From: Candidatus Limnocylindrales bacterium
GTDB taxonomy: Bacteria > Chloroflexota > Limnocylindria > Limnocylindrales > CSP1-4
Direction: 5' to 3'
Assembly: GCA_044449785.1 (NCBI GenBank)
Contig: JBIOII010000004.1
Location: 1 to 56,880, forward strand
DNA: 56,880 bases
Below the pieces are notes generated by a model. It saw nothing but the letters and a program-made list of their open reading frames with translations, searched no databases and was not told the DNA's origin. Each line of letters begins with the position of its first letter. Position 1 is the first letter of the stretch. Shown one piece after another: positions 27,362-36,845 of this stretch. The translations under genes and the position numbers were made by a program.

Positions 27362-29407
27362 ATGCCAGCAACAGAAACCACGTCCTTCGCCAGCCTGTTC
27401 ACCGCGCGCGAGCCGGCGAGCTCCGCCGGACCGGCCCAGCCCGGTCACCTGACCGAGCGCGAGCGTTTCCGAATCCGCCTGCGGCGTCGTCCGCTCTTGC
27501 TCGACGGGGCCATGGGTACGCTGCTCTACTCTCGCGGGGTGCCGCAGCGGGCCTGCCTCGACGAACTGATCCTCACCAGGCCGGAACTCGTCTCCACGAT
27601 CCACCGCGAGTACATCGAAGCCGGCGCCGACGCGATCGAGACCAACACATTCGGCGCGAACCGGTTTCGGCTGGCCGACTTCGGGCTCGAGAAGCTGGCC
27701 GCCAGGATCAACCGCCGCGGCGCTCAGATCGCCCGTGAGGCTCGCGAGACTTCGGGCAAGGATGTCCTGATCGCCGGCTCGATCGGGCCGCTAGCCTCGA
27801 CCGATCGCAGCCCGCGGCCCCACCCCGGCATCGCCCGGGCGGCCTTCCGGGAGCAGATCGAAGGGCTGCTCGAAGGCGGGGCGGACATCCTGGTCTTCGA
27901 GACATTCGATCGTCTGGAGCCGCTGCTGCTCGCAATCGAGGAAGCACGCCGCGCATCCGACCTTCCGGTGATCGCCCAGATGACCTACTGCGAGGATCTG
28001 GCGGCGAACGACGGCACGACCCCAGAAGCCGCGGCGGCGGCGCTGACCGCCGCCGGAGTGGACGCCATCGGCGTCAATTGCGGCTCCGGGCCGCTCGTCT
28101 GCCTGGAGGCCCTGGTTCGGACCGGGCCGCCCAGTGCGACAGTGGCACGCTCGATAGTCCCGAACGCCGGGCTGCCGCAGCGTGTCGAAGGCCACTTCGT
28201 CTATTCCGCCGGGCCCGAGTATTTCGGGGAAATGGTCCCGCAGATGCTCGCCGGCGGAGCGCGCATCGTGGGCGGCTGCTGCGGCACGACGCCGGACCAC
28301 ACCGCAGCGATGCGCGCCGCGATCGACGCGCTGGCCCTCGACGTCCACGACGGTGGAACGATCACGGCCCCGCCGCCCGAAGCCGAGACCGACGCCACGA
28401 CCGGCGACGAGTCGGATCCGGCCAACGGAGCCGCGCCACGAACCCCGCGGCTCGAATCCTCCGGCAGCGGCGACGCGACCCCGCCGTCCCGCCTGGCCCG
28501 GAAGCTCGCCAACGGCTCATTCGTCATCTCAGTGGAGATCGACCCGCCGCGGTCCATTCGCATCGACCGGACGATCGAGGCTGCGCGCCTGCTCCAGAAG
28601 GCCGGCGTCGACCTGGTGAACATCAGCGATTCGGCCACCGGGCGAGTCCGAATGGGCGCCATGGCGGTGGCCTTCGGGATACAGAGGCAGCTCGATCTCG
28701 AGTGCCTGGTCCACTTGACGACGCGCGATCGCAACCTGATGGCTCTCGAGGCGGAGTTGCTCGGCGCTCACGCTCTCGGCCTGCGCAACATCCTCGCTCT
28801 GACCGGCGATCCGCCGCGCGTCGACGACAGGCTGGCCACCACCGCAGTCTGGGACGTGGACTCGATCGGGCTGATCGAGATCATCCGGCGCCTCAACAAG
28901 GGCGAGGACGGGGCCGGCCAGTCGATCGGGCAGACCGCAGGCTTTACCATCGCGTGCGCTCTCGATCCCACGACCTCCGACCCCGAAAAGGAGTGGGGCC
29001 GGCTGGAGCGCAAGCTCGCCGCCGGCGCGAACCTGATCATGACCCAGCCGCTCTACTCGCAGGGGCAGGTGGATTCGATGCTGGCCCGATCGCGCGAGCG
29101 TTTCGGCGGGAGCGGTTTCCCAGTGCCCGTGCTGCTCGGTGTCCTGCCGCTCCACAGCGCGCGCCACGCCGAGTTCCTTCACAACGAGGTGCCCGGCATC
29201 ACCATCCCGACCGAGCAGCGCGCGGCGATGCACGCTGCCGGCGACCGAGGCGCCGAGGTGGGCCTCGAAATGGCGATGGACCTCATCGCGGGTGCGGAAG
29301 GCCACGTCACCGGCACATACATCATGCCGAGCTTCGGACGCTACGAGCTGGCAGCCGAGCTGGTGCGCAGGTTGCGAGCTCGTCAGGCAGCCAGAGAGTC
29401 GAAATAG
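27362..29407 (+). CDS. Bifunctional homocysteine S-methyltransferase/5,10-methylene-THF reductase (YitJ-like)
   Basis: DGAMGT, TNTFGANR, GVNC, PNAG, GGCCGT, then VEIDPP, RDRN, LTGDP, MTQP. Confidence 0.92.
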   Translation: MPATETTSFASLFTAREPASSAGPAQPGHLTERERFRIRLRRRPLLLDGAMGTLLYSRGVPQRACLDELILTRPELVSTIHREYIEAGADAIETNTFGANRFRLADFGLEKLAARINRRGAQIAREARETSGKDVLIAGSIGPLASTDRSPRPHPGIARAAFREQIEGLLEGGADILVFETFDRLEPLLLAIEEARRASDLPVIAQMTYCEDLAANDGTTPEAAAAALTAAGVDAIGVNCGSGPLVCLEALVRTGPPSATVARSIVPNAGLPQRVEGHFVYSAGPEYFGEMVPQMLAGGARIVGGCCGTTPDHTAAMRAAIDALALDVHDGGTITAPPPEAETDATTGDESDPANGAAPRTPRLESSGSGDATPPSRLARKLANGSFVISVEIDPPRSIRIDRTIEAARLLQKAGVDLVNISDSATGRVRMGAMAVAFGIQRQLDLECLVHLTTRDRNLMALEAELLGAHALGLRNILALTGDPPRVDDRLATTAVWDVDSIGLIEIIRRLNKGEDGAGQSIGQTAGFTIACALDPTTSDPEKEWGRLERKLAAGANLIMTQPLYSQGQVDSMLARSRERFGGSGFPVPVLLGVLPLHSARHAEFLHNEVPGITIPTEQRAAMHAAGDRGAEVGLEMAMDLIAGAEGHVTGTYIMPSFGRYELAAELVRRLRARQAARESK

Positions 29408-29523
29408 CCACGGCCAAGGCACCGCACGCCTCTGCGGCGTCGACCGCGCGCCGCCAGCCGGAGCGGCGTCGGGTTCCGCAGACTGGCTCACGGTCTGTGC
29501 CCTTTCTCGGCTAAACTCGCGGC

Positions 29524-29856
29524 ATGGGCGCAGTCGACACGATGGAACAGTTCTTCGACCTGCTGAACGCAGGCGACCGCGAAGGCGCAGTCTCGCTCAT
29601 GGACGAGAAGGCGGAGCTTCGCGTCCACATCGCGGGCAATGCCCGCACTCTACGCGGGCTGCGCGAGGTGGGCGGCTGGTTCCTCCGCGCCGAACCCGGT
29701 TTCCGAATGATCCCCGGCGACGTGCGGGATATGGGCAACACTTACCAGGCGAACCTGCTCGTCGTCCGGCCCGGTGCGCCGACACAACAGCTGGATGCTA
29801 GCTTTCGAGTCGAGGCGGGCAAGATCACGGCGATCAACCTGGCGCCTCGCTCGTAA
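29524..29856 (+). CDS. NTF2/SnoaL-like small protein
   Basis: FFDLLNAGD N-terminal helix, FRVEAGKITAI C-terminus; TAAACT 6 nt before ATG. Confidence 0.65.
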   Translation: MGAVDTMEQFFDLLNAGDREGAVSLMDEKAELRVHIAGNARTLRGLREVGGWFLRAEPGFRMIPGDVRDMGNTYQANLLVVRPGAPTQQLDASFRVEAGKITAINLAPRS

Positions 29857-29920
29857 CCGGCGTCGCCGCTTGATTCGGTGCCGCATCCACCGGGCGCATC
29901 GAAGAGGCGGGCGGCGGTGC

Positions 29921-30895
29921 CTAGGTCGCGGATGGGGCGGGTGAAGCCGGAGGCATCGTCAGCTGGCCGGGCGCCGGGATATTCAGGGGCTGCCCGACCT
30001 GGATGTAGTTCGGATCGACGCCCGGGTTGGCGAGCTCCAGCTCCCAGAGCGGGATGTTGAACCTGGCCGCGATCGCCGCCATGTAGTCGCCGCTCTTTAC
30101 CCGGTACACGAGGAAGCTCATCGGAGCAGACGAGGTGTCCTGGGCCGACGGCACCGAACTGTCAAGGGGGGCCGACCCGCCGGCGGGGAGCGAACCGCTC
30201 GGTGCGGGGCCGCCGCCGTGAGGGCTCGTGATGATCGGGAAGAGCACGAGCGCAACCATGATCAGGGCCACCGCCACCGCTGCAACGAAGAGCGGCTGGT
30301 TTGCACGATGCTCTTCGCGGCTTCGGAGCCGCGGGAAGTTCTCCAGCCGCGGCGGGTTCTCCCAGCCGGGATGGCTCGGACCGCGGCGGGCCATCGCCAC
30401 TGCCGGCTCGGCAACGGAAGACGGCGGAATCGGGGCGCTGGGGGCAGTCGAGCGTCGTGACTCGCCTTCGTAGCTCCAGAGGCCGGCGCTCGCGTCGGCC
30501 GTTCGCTTTGACGCCGGGGCGATCTCGGGCGTCACCGAGACCCTCGACCGAGCGGCCAGGAACGCAGGCGCCGCGGCATCGTCTTCGGCCACGCCGGATC
30601 CCGCGCCACCGACCGGCGCGTCACCGAACGCCGCCGCAACCGCGGGAACGGGGCTCGGCTTGATCGCCGCGGCTTCCTGGCGAGCCCAATCGAGGAAGAC
30701 GGGACATCTCGCAAACTCCGCCGAGAGGCAGTAGCGCTCCTGGTGGGGGAAGGCTCGGGGCTCCGGTTCGGGCGCGGCAAAACAGCGGTGGTTGTAGTCG
30801 GGGGCGCTCGAGCGATGGTCCCGGTCATCCTCGAAGGCCACGAACGGACAGGCGGTCGGACCGCTGTCTGAAGGGGTGGACGGCTCCTCAATCAC
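29921..30895 (-). CDS. Membrane-anchored LysM protein with N-terminal Cys-rich domain
   Basis: CPF..HRC..YCL..CP N-terminus, single TM, S/P linker, LysM YRVKSGD..IAARF..LANP. Confidence 0.85.
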   Translation of the reverse strand: MIEEPSTPSDSGPTACPFVAFEDDRDHRSSAPDYNHRCFAAPEPEPRAFPHQERYCLSAEFARCPVFLDWARQEAAAIKPSPVPAVAAAFGDAPVGGAGSGVAEDDAAAPAFLAARSRVSVTPEIAPASKRTADASAGLWSYEGESRRSTAPSAPIPPSSVAEPAVAMARRGPSHPGWENPPRLENFPRLRSREEHRANQPLFVAAVAVALIMVALVLFPIITSPHGGGPAPSGSLPAGGSAPLDSSVPSAQDTSSAPMSFLVYRVKSGDYMAAIAARFNIPLWELELANPGVDPNYIQVGQPLNIPAPGQLTMPPASPAPSAT

Positions 30896-31035
30896 GCAGC
30901 AGATGATACCCGCGGGAGACAGTGTTGTGCCAAGGCGGCCGCGAGAGCGGCTCGTGAGCCGACCACCGCGGACCCGGCGAGATGCTCGATTCGAGCCGAT
31001 AATCGCCCGGCCAAACCCGCCGTCGAGGTTCGATC

Positions 31036-32370
31036 ATGCCACCGACCTCGCGCTTCGAAGGCCGCGCAATCCGGTCTTTCGCGGCCGCCGTCTGCGTCGC
31101 GATGCTCGCGTCGGGGTGCGGCGCGGGCTCGGTCACACCGTTTCCGCCTCAAAGCGGGCTGACTTCGGTCGTCGCTCCGGCAACGGCATCGCCGACCCCC
31201 GCGGCGAGCGCTTCAGCCTTCGTGACGCCAGCGCCGGCCGCGAGCACGACCTCGACTCCGACTCCAGCGCAGAAGCCAACGGCCCTACCGGTGGTCTCGA
31301 TCGGCCTGGTAGCCGTCGCCCGCGGCCTGCCGAGCCCGATCGGGGTCTCGGTCGCGCCCGGCGATCCGCGTCTGTTCGTGATCGGCCAGACCGGGCGAGT
31401 CGTGATCGTCAACGGCGGTAGCGTTACCGGCACGTTCCTCGACATCTCGGCCCGGATGTCGTGTTGCGGCGAGCGCGGCCTGCTCGGGCTGGCCTTCCAC
31501 CCGAAATACGCATCCAACGGACGCTTCTTCGTCCGATACACGGACCCGGCGGGAGACATCCGCATCTCCGAGTTCCACGTCAGCTCGAACCCCAACGTGG
31601 CCGACCCGGGATCCGAGAAGATCCTTCTCACGATCCCCCATCCCAGCTACGCCAACCACAACGGCGGCCGCATCGTGTTCGGCGCCGATGGCTATCTGTA
31701 CATCGGGACCGGCGACGGTGGCAGCGGTGGGGATCCCAACAACCACGGCCAGAGTCTCAACACACTCCTCGGGAAGATGCTGCGTATCGACGTCGACGGC
31801 ATCTCGGCCGGCAAGCCCTACGCAATCCCGCCCGACAACCCGTTCGTGGGGCAGAGCGGGAAGCTGCCTGAGATCTTCTCCTACGGCCTCCGCAACCCAT
31901 ACAGCTTCAGCTTCGATCGGCTCACCGGCGACCTCTGGATCGCGGACGTGGGCCAGAACTTGTGGGAGGAGATCGATCGCACCCCGGCCGCGACCGGCGG
32001 AGGCAACGGGGCCAACTTCGGCTGGAACATCATGGAGGGCAACCATTGCTACAAGCCCTCGACCGGTTGCAATGATGCCGGCCTGACGCTTCCATACGCC
32101 GAATACGGCCACGGCCCGAACGACTCGAACGGTTGCGCCATCATCGGCGGCTACGTCTATCGAGGCGCTACCTACGCGCAACTCTACGGCCGCTACTTCT
32201 TCGGCGACGAATGCAGCGGCCACATCTGGGACATTCCCGCGGCCGGAACATCTCTCCAGACGCCGCAGCTGCTCCTGTCCTCGGGCCTCAATATCGATGG
32301 CTGGGGCCAGGACGTCAACGGAGAGCTATACCTCGTGGCGGCCAACGGGGTGCTATATCACGTTACCTGA
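31036..32370 (+). CDS. PQQ-dependent sugar dehydrogenase family lipoprotein (GSDH/YliI-like)
   Basis: Lipobox LASGC; ERGLLGLAFHP, NHNGG, GKMLRID, GLRNP. Confidence 0.9.
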   Translation: MPPTSRFEGRAIRSFAAAVCVAMLASGCGAGSVTPFPPQSGLTSVVAPATASPTPAASASAFVTPAPAASTTSTPTPAQKPTALPVVSIGLVAVARGLPSPIGVSVAPGDPRLFVIGQTGRVVIVNGGSVTGTFLDISARMSCCGERGLLGLAFHPKYASNGRFFVRYTDPAGDIRISEFHVSSNPNVADPGSEKILLTIPHPSYANHNGGRIVFGADGYLYIGTGDGGSGGDPNNHGQSLNTLLGKMLRIDVDGISAGKPYAIPPDNPFVGQSGKLPEIFSYGLRNPYSFSFDRLTGDLWIADVGQNLWEEIDRTPAATGGGNGANFGWNIMEGNHCYKPSTGCNDAGLTLPYAEYGHGPNDSNGCAIIGGYVYRGATYAQLYGRYFFGDECSGHIWDIPAAGTSLQTPQLLLSSGLNIDGWGQDVNGELYLVAANGVLYHVT

Positions 32371-32432
32371 GCCGAACGGTTGAGGGCGGGGCGCCTACCG
32401 CCGAGAGCCGCCGCGCGGCCTCTCCGCGCCGA

Positions 32433-32912
32433 TCACATCCCCGCCTGGCTGAGGGCCGACTGGAGCGACTGGATGTAGCCCTCGCTGGTGTACGTGGCGC
32501 CTGAGATCGTGTCGATCTGGGCGCTCTGGGCCTGCAGAGCCTCGTTCCGGAGCTGCGGCCCGGCGTACGCGCTGACCTCTTGCGTGTGGCCACCGCCTGT
32601 CGGGAGCTGGAGCGCCTGGACGTCGGTGATCGTCCCGCTTTGGATGGTCACCTGGACCTGGACGGTACCGAACGGCGTTTGAACTGCATCGCCGGTCACC
32701 TGGCCGCTGTAGCTCGTATGCGATCCCGCGGTGGCGCCGGCTCCCGGAGTACCGGCCGCGCCCGGCGCTCCGCCGCCGCTCTGCGAGCCCCCGCCGCCGC
32801 CGCCACCGCCGGTGGTGGTAGTCAGGCTGATCACTTGCGGTGTCTTGAAGCTCAGCAGCAGCGCCAAGGCGGCTGTCGTCAGCAGAGTCGCTATCAGAGG
32901 TCGTTTGCTCAT
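32433..32912 (-). CDS. Exported FMN-binding (flavinylated) domain protein
   Basis: Signal/TM, Gly-rich linker, flavinylation motif DTISGATYTS. Confidence 0.9.
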   Translation of the reverse strand: MSKRPLIATLLTTAALALLLSFKTPQVISLTTTTGGGGGGGGSQSGGGAPGAAGTPGAGATAGSHTSYSGQVTGDAVQTPFGTVQVQVTIQSGTITDVQALQLPTGGGHTQEVSAYAGPQLRNEALQAQSAQIDTISGATYTSEGYIQSLQSALSQAGM

Positions 32913-32930
32913 CGTTGTTACTCCTCGGCC

Positions 32931-34340
32931 TCAGAAGGCGAAGCGTTCGTAGTGGATCTGACGGGCCGGGATTCGCAGCCAGCGCAGGCCGCTCAGGACT
33001 CTGGTCATCATTCCGGTTGGGCCGCAGACATAGATGTCGCGGTCGTGGATGTCGGGCACGAGCTTGCGCAGGGCCCGCGGATCGAGCGGATCGGCCGGCA
33101 TCTCGCGCGAACCGCGTCTGCCGACGAGGTAGTGGACGGTGGCGCCGCGCAGGCTGGCCAGCTCGTCGATCTCGGTCTTGAAAACCACGTCTTCGGGTCC
33201 GCTGGCCCGGTACACGAGTGTCAGGTTGCCGCGGGCGGCTGGCAGCTCCTCGAGCAGCGCCCGCAACGGCGTGATGCCGATGCCGCCGGCGATAAGCAGC
33301 ACTCTCGCTCTGGTCCGAGCCGCACCGGTGAGGGCGCCGTAAGGGCCTTCGACGAAGACCGGGATGCCGATCGGCATCCGCTGCAGGGTCTTCGTGTAGT
33401 CGCCCAGCTCCTTGATCGTGAACCGAAGGTACCGGCCGTTCGGCGCCGCGGATATCGAGAATGGATGAGCGCGGAACCAGCCATTCTTGGTCAGGAACCG
33501 CAGGCGGAACCACTGGCCGGCTCTATGTGGCAGCTGGTCGAGATCTCGACCCGTCAGGTAGAGCGACGCGACTCCCGGAGCCTCCTCGACCACGTTGGCG
33601 ACGTGGAAGCGGTGCCGCATCGAGATGGCGATCGGCTGGCCGAAGCGGAAGACCAGCAAGCTGCCGAACGCGACGACGTAGAGGCCGATCCAGTAGATGC
33701 TCGCGATCTGGTCTGTGGTGAAGTCCACGCCGACGAAGAGTTGGTGCAAGAAGCCGAGCGCGATGGCCAGGTACGTGTAGAGGTGGATCGCGTACCAGGT
33801 CTCGTAAGAGGCGCGGCGCCGGACCGCCCGAACGGAGCTGATCCCGACCACTATGAACAGGAACAGGGCGGCCGCCGACCAGAGCACGTACGGGTACGTA
33901 AGCAGCAACGAGATGAACTCGTTCACGGGCGAGGCGTTGACGCTCATGGCATAGCCGAAGGTCGTCAGGAATGCGTGGGAGACGAGAAGCCAGATGGCCC
34001 CGAAACCGACCCACCGGTGCGCGTCGGTGATCCGATCCTGGCCGAAGACCTGGTCGAGCCAGGGGCTGCGCGACATCAGGATGAGCTGGATCAGCACCAG
34101 GTACGTCCCGTACAGGGCGCTGATCTCGCCGGCAGCGGTCAGGATACCGGGCGTCGTGCTCAGCTCGTGCAACCCGCCATGGCGGACCCACATGCCGAGG
34201 ATCAAGACTGCGTTGCCGATCAGAAGAGCGTAGATGTCGTTCGCCGTGACCGGCCAGATGCGCGGAACCGGCACGCGGCGAACCTTGCGCGGCTGCGCCG
34301 CGGTTCGCACGCTGTTGCGATTCACGTAGGTGCTGTCCAT
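32931..34340 (-). CDS. Ferric-reductase-like TM domain plus FAD/NAD(P)H-binding oxidoreductase
   Basis: TM His residues (AHRW, SHA, IHL, LHQ), HPFSIS, EGPYG, AGGIGITP, YVCGP, HYERF. Confidence 0.9.
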   Translation of the reverse strand: MDSTYVNRNSVRTAAQPRKVRRVPVPRIWPVTANDIYALLIGNAVLILGMWVRHGGLHELSTTPGILTAAGEISALYGTYLVLIQLILMSRSPWLDQVFGQDRITDAHRWVGFGAIWLLVSHAFLTTFGYAMSVNASPVNEFISLLLTYPYVLWSAAALFLFIVVGISSVRAVRRRASYETWYAIHLYTYLAIALGFLHQLFVGVDFTTDQIASIYWIGLYVVAFGSLLVFRFGQPIAISMRHRFHVANVVEEAPGVASLYLTGRDLDQLPHRAGQWFRLRFLTKNGWFRAHPFSISAAPNGRYLRFTIKELGDYTKTLQRMPIGIPVFVEGPYGALTGAARTRARVLLIAGGIGITPLRALLEELPAARGNLTLVYRASGPEDVVFKTEIDELASLRGATVHYLVGRRGSREMPADPLDPRALRKLVPDIHDRDIYVCGPTGMMTRVLSGLRWLRIPARQIHYERFAF

Positions 34341-34631
34341 TGAGTTGTCGCGGCTCCCAGTGTGGCTGCTCGGTTTACGGGCGGTCAACGATGCTCCCTT
34401 TTACGGTGCCCGCGTCCTCGGACGTGAGCTACCCGACAAGCCAGATATTCGAGTCACTTTCTGGAGTGCGGCTGAAAGCTCCGTGGCGTCAGTGTGGATT
34501 TACCGTGGAGGCAGGATGGAGGAAAACGGGCCCAAGCCCAGCCCTCGACTACCGCCGGCGCACGTGCGCAGCGTCGAGCGCGGGCGACTCGATCGTCAGG
34601 ACCCGGCCGCCGGTTCGGCGCAGATTGGGGT

Positions 34632-34660
34632 TTGACAGGCCGCCCGGCCTCTCCAACACT
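34632..34660 (+). promoter_or_regulatory. Putative sigma70-type promoter for sodN
   Basis: TTGACA-N17-AACACT about 75 nt upstream of sodN. Confidence 0.5.
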
Positions 34661-34735
34661 TGCACACGGCCGAGGCCCAGCGAAGCTGCCTGCTTGTTCC
34701 CGCCTCGCCTGACGTCCCGCGCCGAGAGGAGATCG

Positions 34736-35155
34736 ATGTCGCCTGCAACCCGTTGGCTGAAGCCGGCCACCACCGTTTACGCACACTGCGACGTTCCGTG
34801 CGGTATCTACGACCCTCACCAGGCTGAGCTGGCGGCTCGAACCGTCGCCCGCATGGTCGAGTTGATCGGCCAGTTGCCCAAGGAGAACGTCTCGGAGGCC
34901 GACCGCGCGAAGTTCGTCCGCTGTATCACAATCAAGGAGCAGCACGCCGAGATCGTCAAGCACGAGATCCAGGTTATCTGGAGCGACTACTTCAAGCCCG
35001 AGCACGTCGAGCGTTATCCCGACCTCCACGAACGGACGTGGAAGATCCTCAAGCTCGCGTCGAAGAACAAGCAGAACATCGACGCGGCGGCGGCGGCGGA
35101 ACTCGAGGCCGCGGTCAAGGAGTTCGCCGACATCTTCTGGTCGACCAAGAAGTAA
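34736..35155 (+). CDS. sodN: Nickel superoxide dismutase precursor
   Basis: Ni-hook HCDVPCGIYDP after a 16-aa propeptide; WSDYFK; AGGAG SD. Confidence 0.96.
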   Translation: MSPATRWLKPATTVYAHCDVPCGIYDPHQAELAARTVARMVELIGQLPKENVSEADRAKFVRCITIKEQHAEIVKHEIQVIWSDYFKPEHVERYPDLHERTWKILKLASKNKQNIDAAAAAELEAAVKEFADIFWSTKK

Positions 35156-35640
35156 TGACCGACCAGTCGGTCACATCGGACGCCGGAGGCAAGTCCTCCG
35201 GCGTTTCGGTCTCCGCCTCCGCCGGCGCGCACGAGCGGTGGTGGCAACGCGCCCGTGACGGCATCTGGCGGGTGGCGGTGGCCGAGGAGAGCATGGCGCC
35301 GGCTCTGAAGGCGGGCGATTGGCTCATGCTCGACCCTACCTACCGGCGGTGGCCGCGGCGCGGAAGCGTCGTCGTGTTCCGCGAGCCGGAGACCGGGCTG
35401 CTCGCCATCAAGCGCCTTTCCGCAGGCCCCGGCGACCGCGTCCGGATCTCGGCCGGGATCCTGCACCTCGGTCCGGACGAGGCCTGGCTCCTGGGCGACA
35501 ACCGTGCGGTGTCGGTGGACTCGCGCCGCTACGGACCCGTGCCGGTTGAGGCTCTCGTGGGACGGGCGTGGTTCCGCTACGCGCCCCTGAGCAGGTTCGG
35601 GCCGATCCCCGGCCGGGGCGATCTCAGACCCGGCCGATGA
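35155..35640 (+). CDS. sodX: NiSOD maturation protease (S26 family)
   Basis: SMAPAL..GD, IKR, GDN..SVDSR.YGPV; start overlaps sodN stop. Confidence 0.88.
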   Translation: MTDQSVTSDAGGKSSGVSVSASAGAHERWWQRARDGIWRVAVAEESMAPALKAGDWLMLDPTYRRWPRRGSVVVFREPETGLLAIKRLSAGPGDRVRISAGILHLGPDEAWLLGDNRAVSVDSRRYGPVPVEALVGRAWFRYAPLSRFGPIPGRGDLRPGR

Positions 35641-36577
35641 GCTCGCGCGCGGCCAGCTCGATCATGGCGTGGTCACGCGGCAGCAGGTCCTGCAGCATGA
35701 TCCGCTCCACGCCGGCGGCCGCGAATCGGGCCACCATCGCCCGAGCCTGGTCGGGGGTTCCGACGATCCACCGCGGCCTTCGTTCCTCCAGCCAGGCCCG
35801 TGCATCCGTTGCCGGGGACCCGACCATCGCGATCTGATCGCGGACGCGCCGCTTGAGCGCGGCCTCGTCGGCACCTACCAGGAAGCCGGCCATCACCGAA
35901 TGGCGGATCGTGGCGGGATCGCGCCCGATCTTGCGGCACTCGGCGTCGAGGCGGGCGTGGGCTTCCGCGCACGGGTCGGGGCCGGTGCTCGACATGTTGT
36001 ACTCGTCGGCGTAACGCGCCGCGAGGCGCAGCGATCGGGGACTCCCTTCGCCGCCGACGATGATGGGTGGGTGCGGCCGCTGGACCGGCTTTGGGTTGAA
36101 CGACGCGGACGCGACCGTGACCTGCTTGCCCTCGAACGACCAGCCTCCCGGCTCTTCCCACAGGCCGTGGAGGATCGCCAGCTCGTCCTCCATCAGGTCG
36201 GCTCGTTGAGTGATCTCGGGAAATGCCAGCCCCAGCTCGCGGTGCTCAGCTTCGTTCCAGCCGGCTCCCACCCCGACCTCGACGCGACCGCCGCTCATCT
36301 CGTCGACCGTGGTGACTACCTTGGCGAACGACCCCGGATGGCGGAACGTGACCGGCGACACCAGCGCCCCCAGGCGGATAGTGGAGGTCTCGCGCGCGAG
36401 GCCGGCCAGGACTGCCCAGGCGTCGGTCGTCGGCCGGTCGGCCGGGCCTGGGAAGCTTCGATAGTGGTCGGACCTGAAGAACGCCTCGAAACCGAGCCGT
36501 TCGGCGAGCCGCGCCAGGTCCAGCTGCTCGGCGTAGGTCAGCCCCTGCTGGGGTTCGGTCATCAGCGCGAAGCGCAT
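35624..36577 (-). CDS. LLM-class F420-dependent oxidoreductase
   Basis: EPQQG, FRSDH, LAGLARETSTIRLG, DEMSGGR..GAGW; F420 dependence inferred from family. Confidence 0.88.
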   Translation of the reverse strand: MRFALMTEPQQGLTYAEQLDLARLAERLGFEAFFRSDHYRSFPGPADRPTTDAWAVLAGLARETSTIRLGALVSPVTFRHPGSFAKVVTTVDEMSGGRVEVGVGAGWNEAEHRELGLAFPEITQRADLMEDELAILHGLWEEPGGWSFEGKQVTVASASFNPKPVQRPHPPIIVGGEGSPRSLRLAARYADEYNMSSTGPDPCAEAHARLDAECRKIGRDPATIRHSVMAGFLVGADEAALKRRVRDQIAMVGSPATDARAWLEERRPRWIVGTPDQARAMVARFAAAGVERIMLQDLLPRDHAMIELAARELIGRV

Positions 36578-36759
36578 CGGCATCCTCCGGCGGGGGCTGC
36601 AAGGGTCGCGTTTGGCGCCTCCAGTGTGGACCGAAAGCACGGACGGCGCAGTGGGCGAACTAACCCGTGCAGGAAGTCGCCGGCACCGCTAGACTTCCCG
36701 CGGTCCGTCGGTCAGGGGTCGACGCGACCTACTGGTGTTGGTGCCACCTGAATCTTCCT

Positions 36760-36797
36760 AGGCGGGCCGGCCCCCCCTCACCGGCCCGCCTTCCTCT
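36760..36797 (+). terminator. Strong GC hairpin with C-rich loop (terminator-like)
   Basis: AGGCGGGCCGG-CCCCCCCTCA-CCGGCCCGCCT followed by TCCTCT; no + strand CDS ends here. Confidence 0.5.
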
Positions 36798-36845
36798 ATC
36801 CGGCTGTTGCGGACCCACGGCGCCGCCCGGCGGCATACTTGGGGT

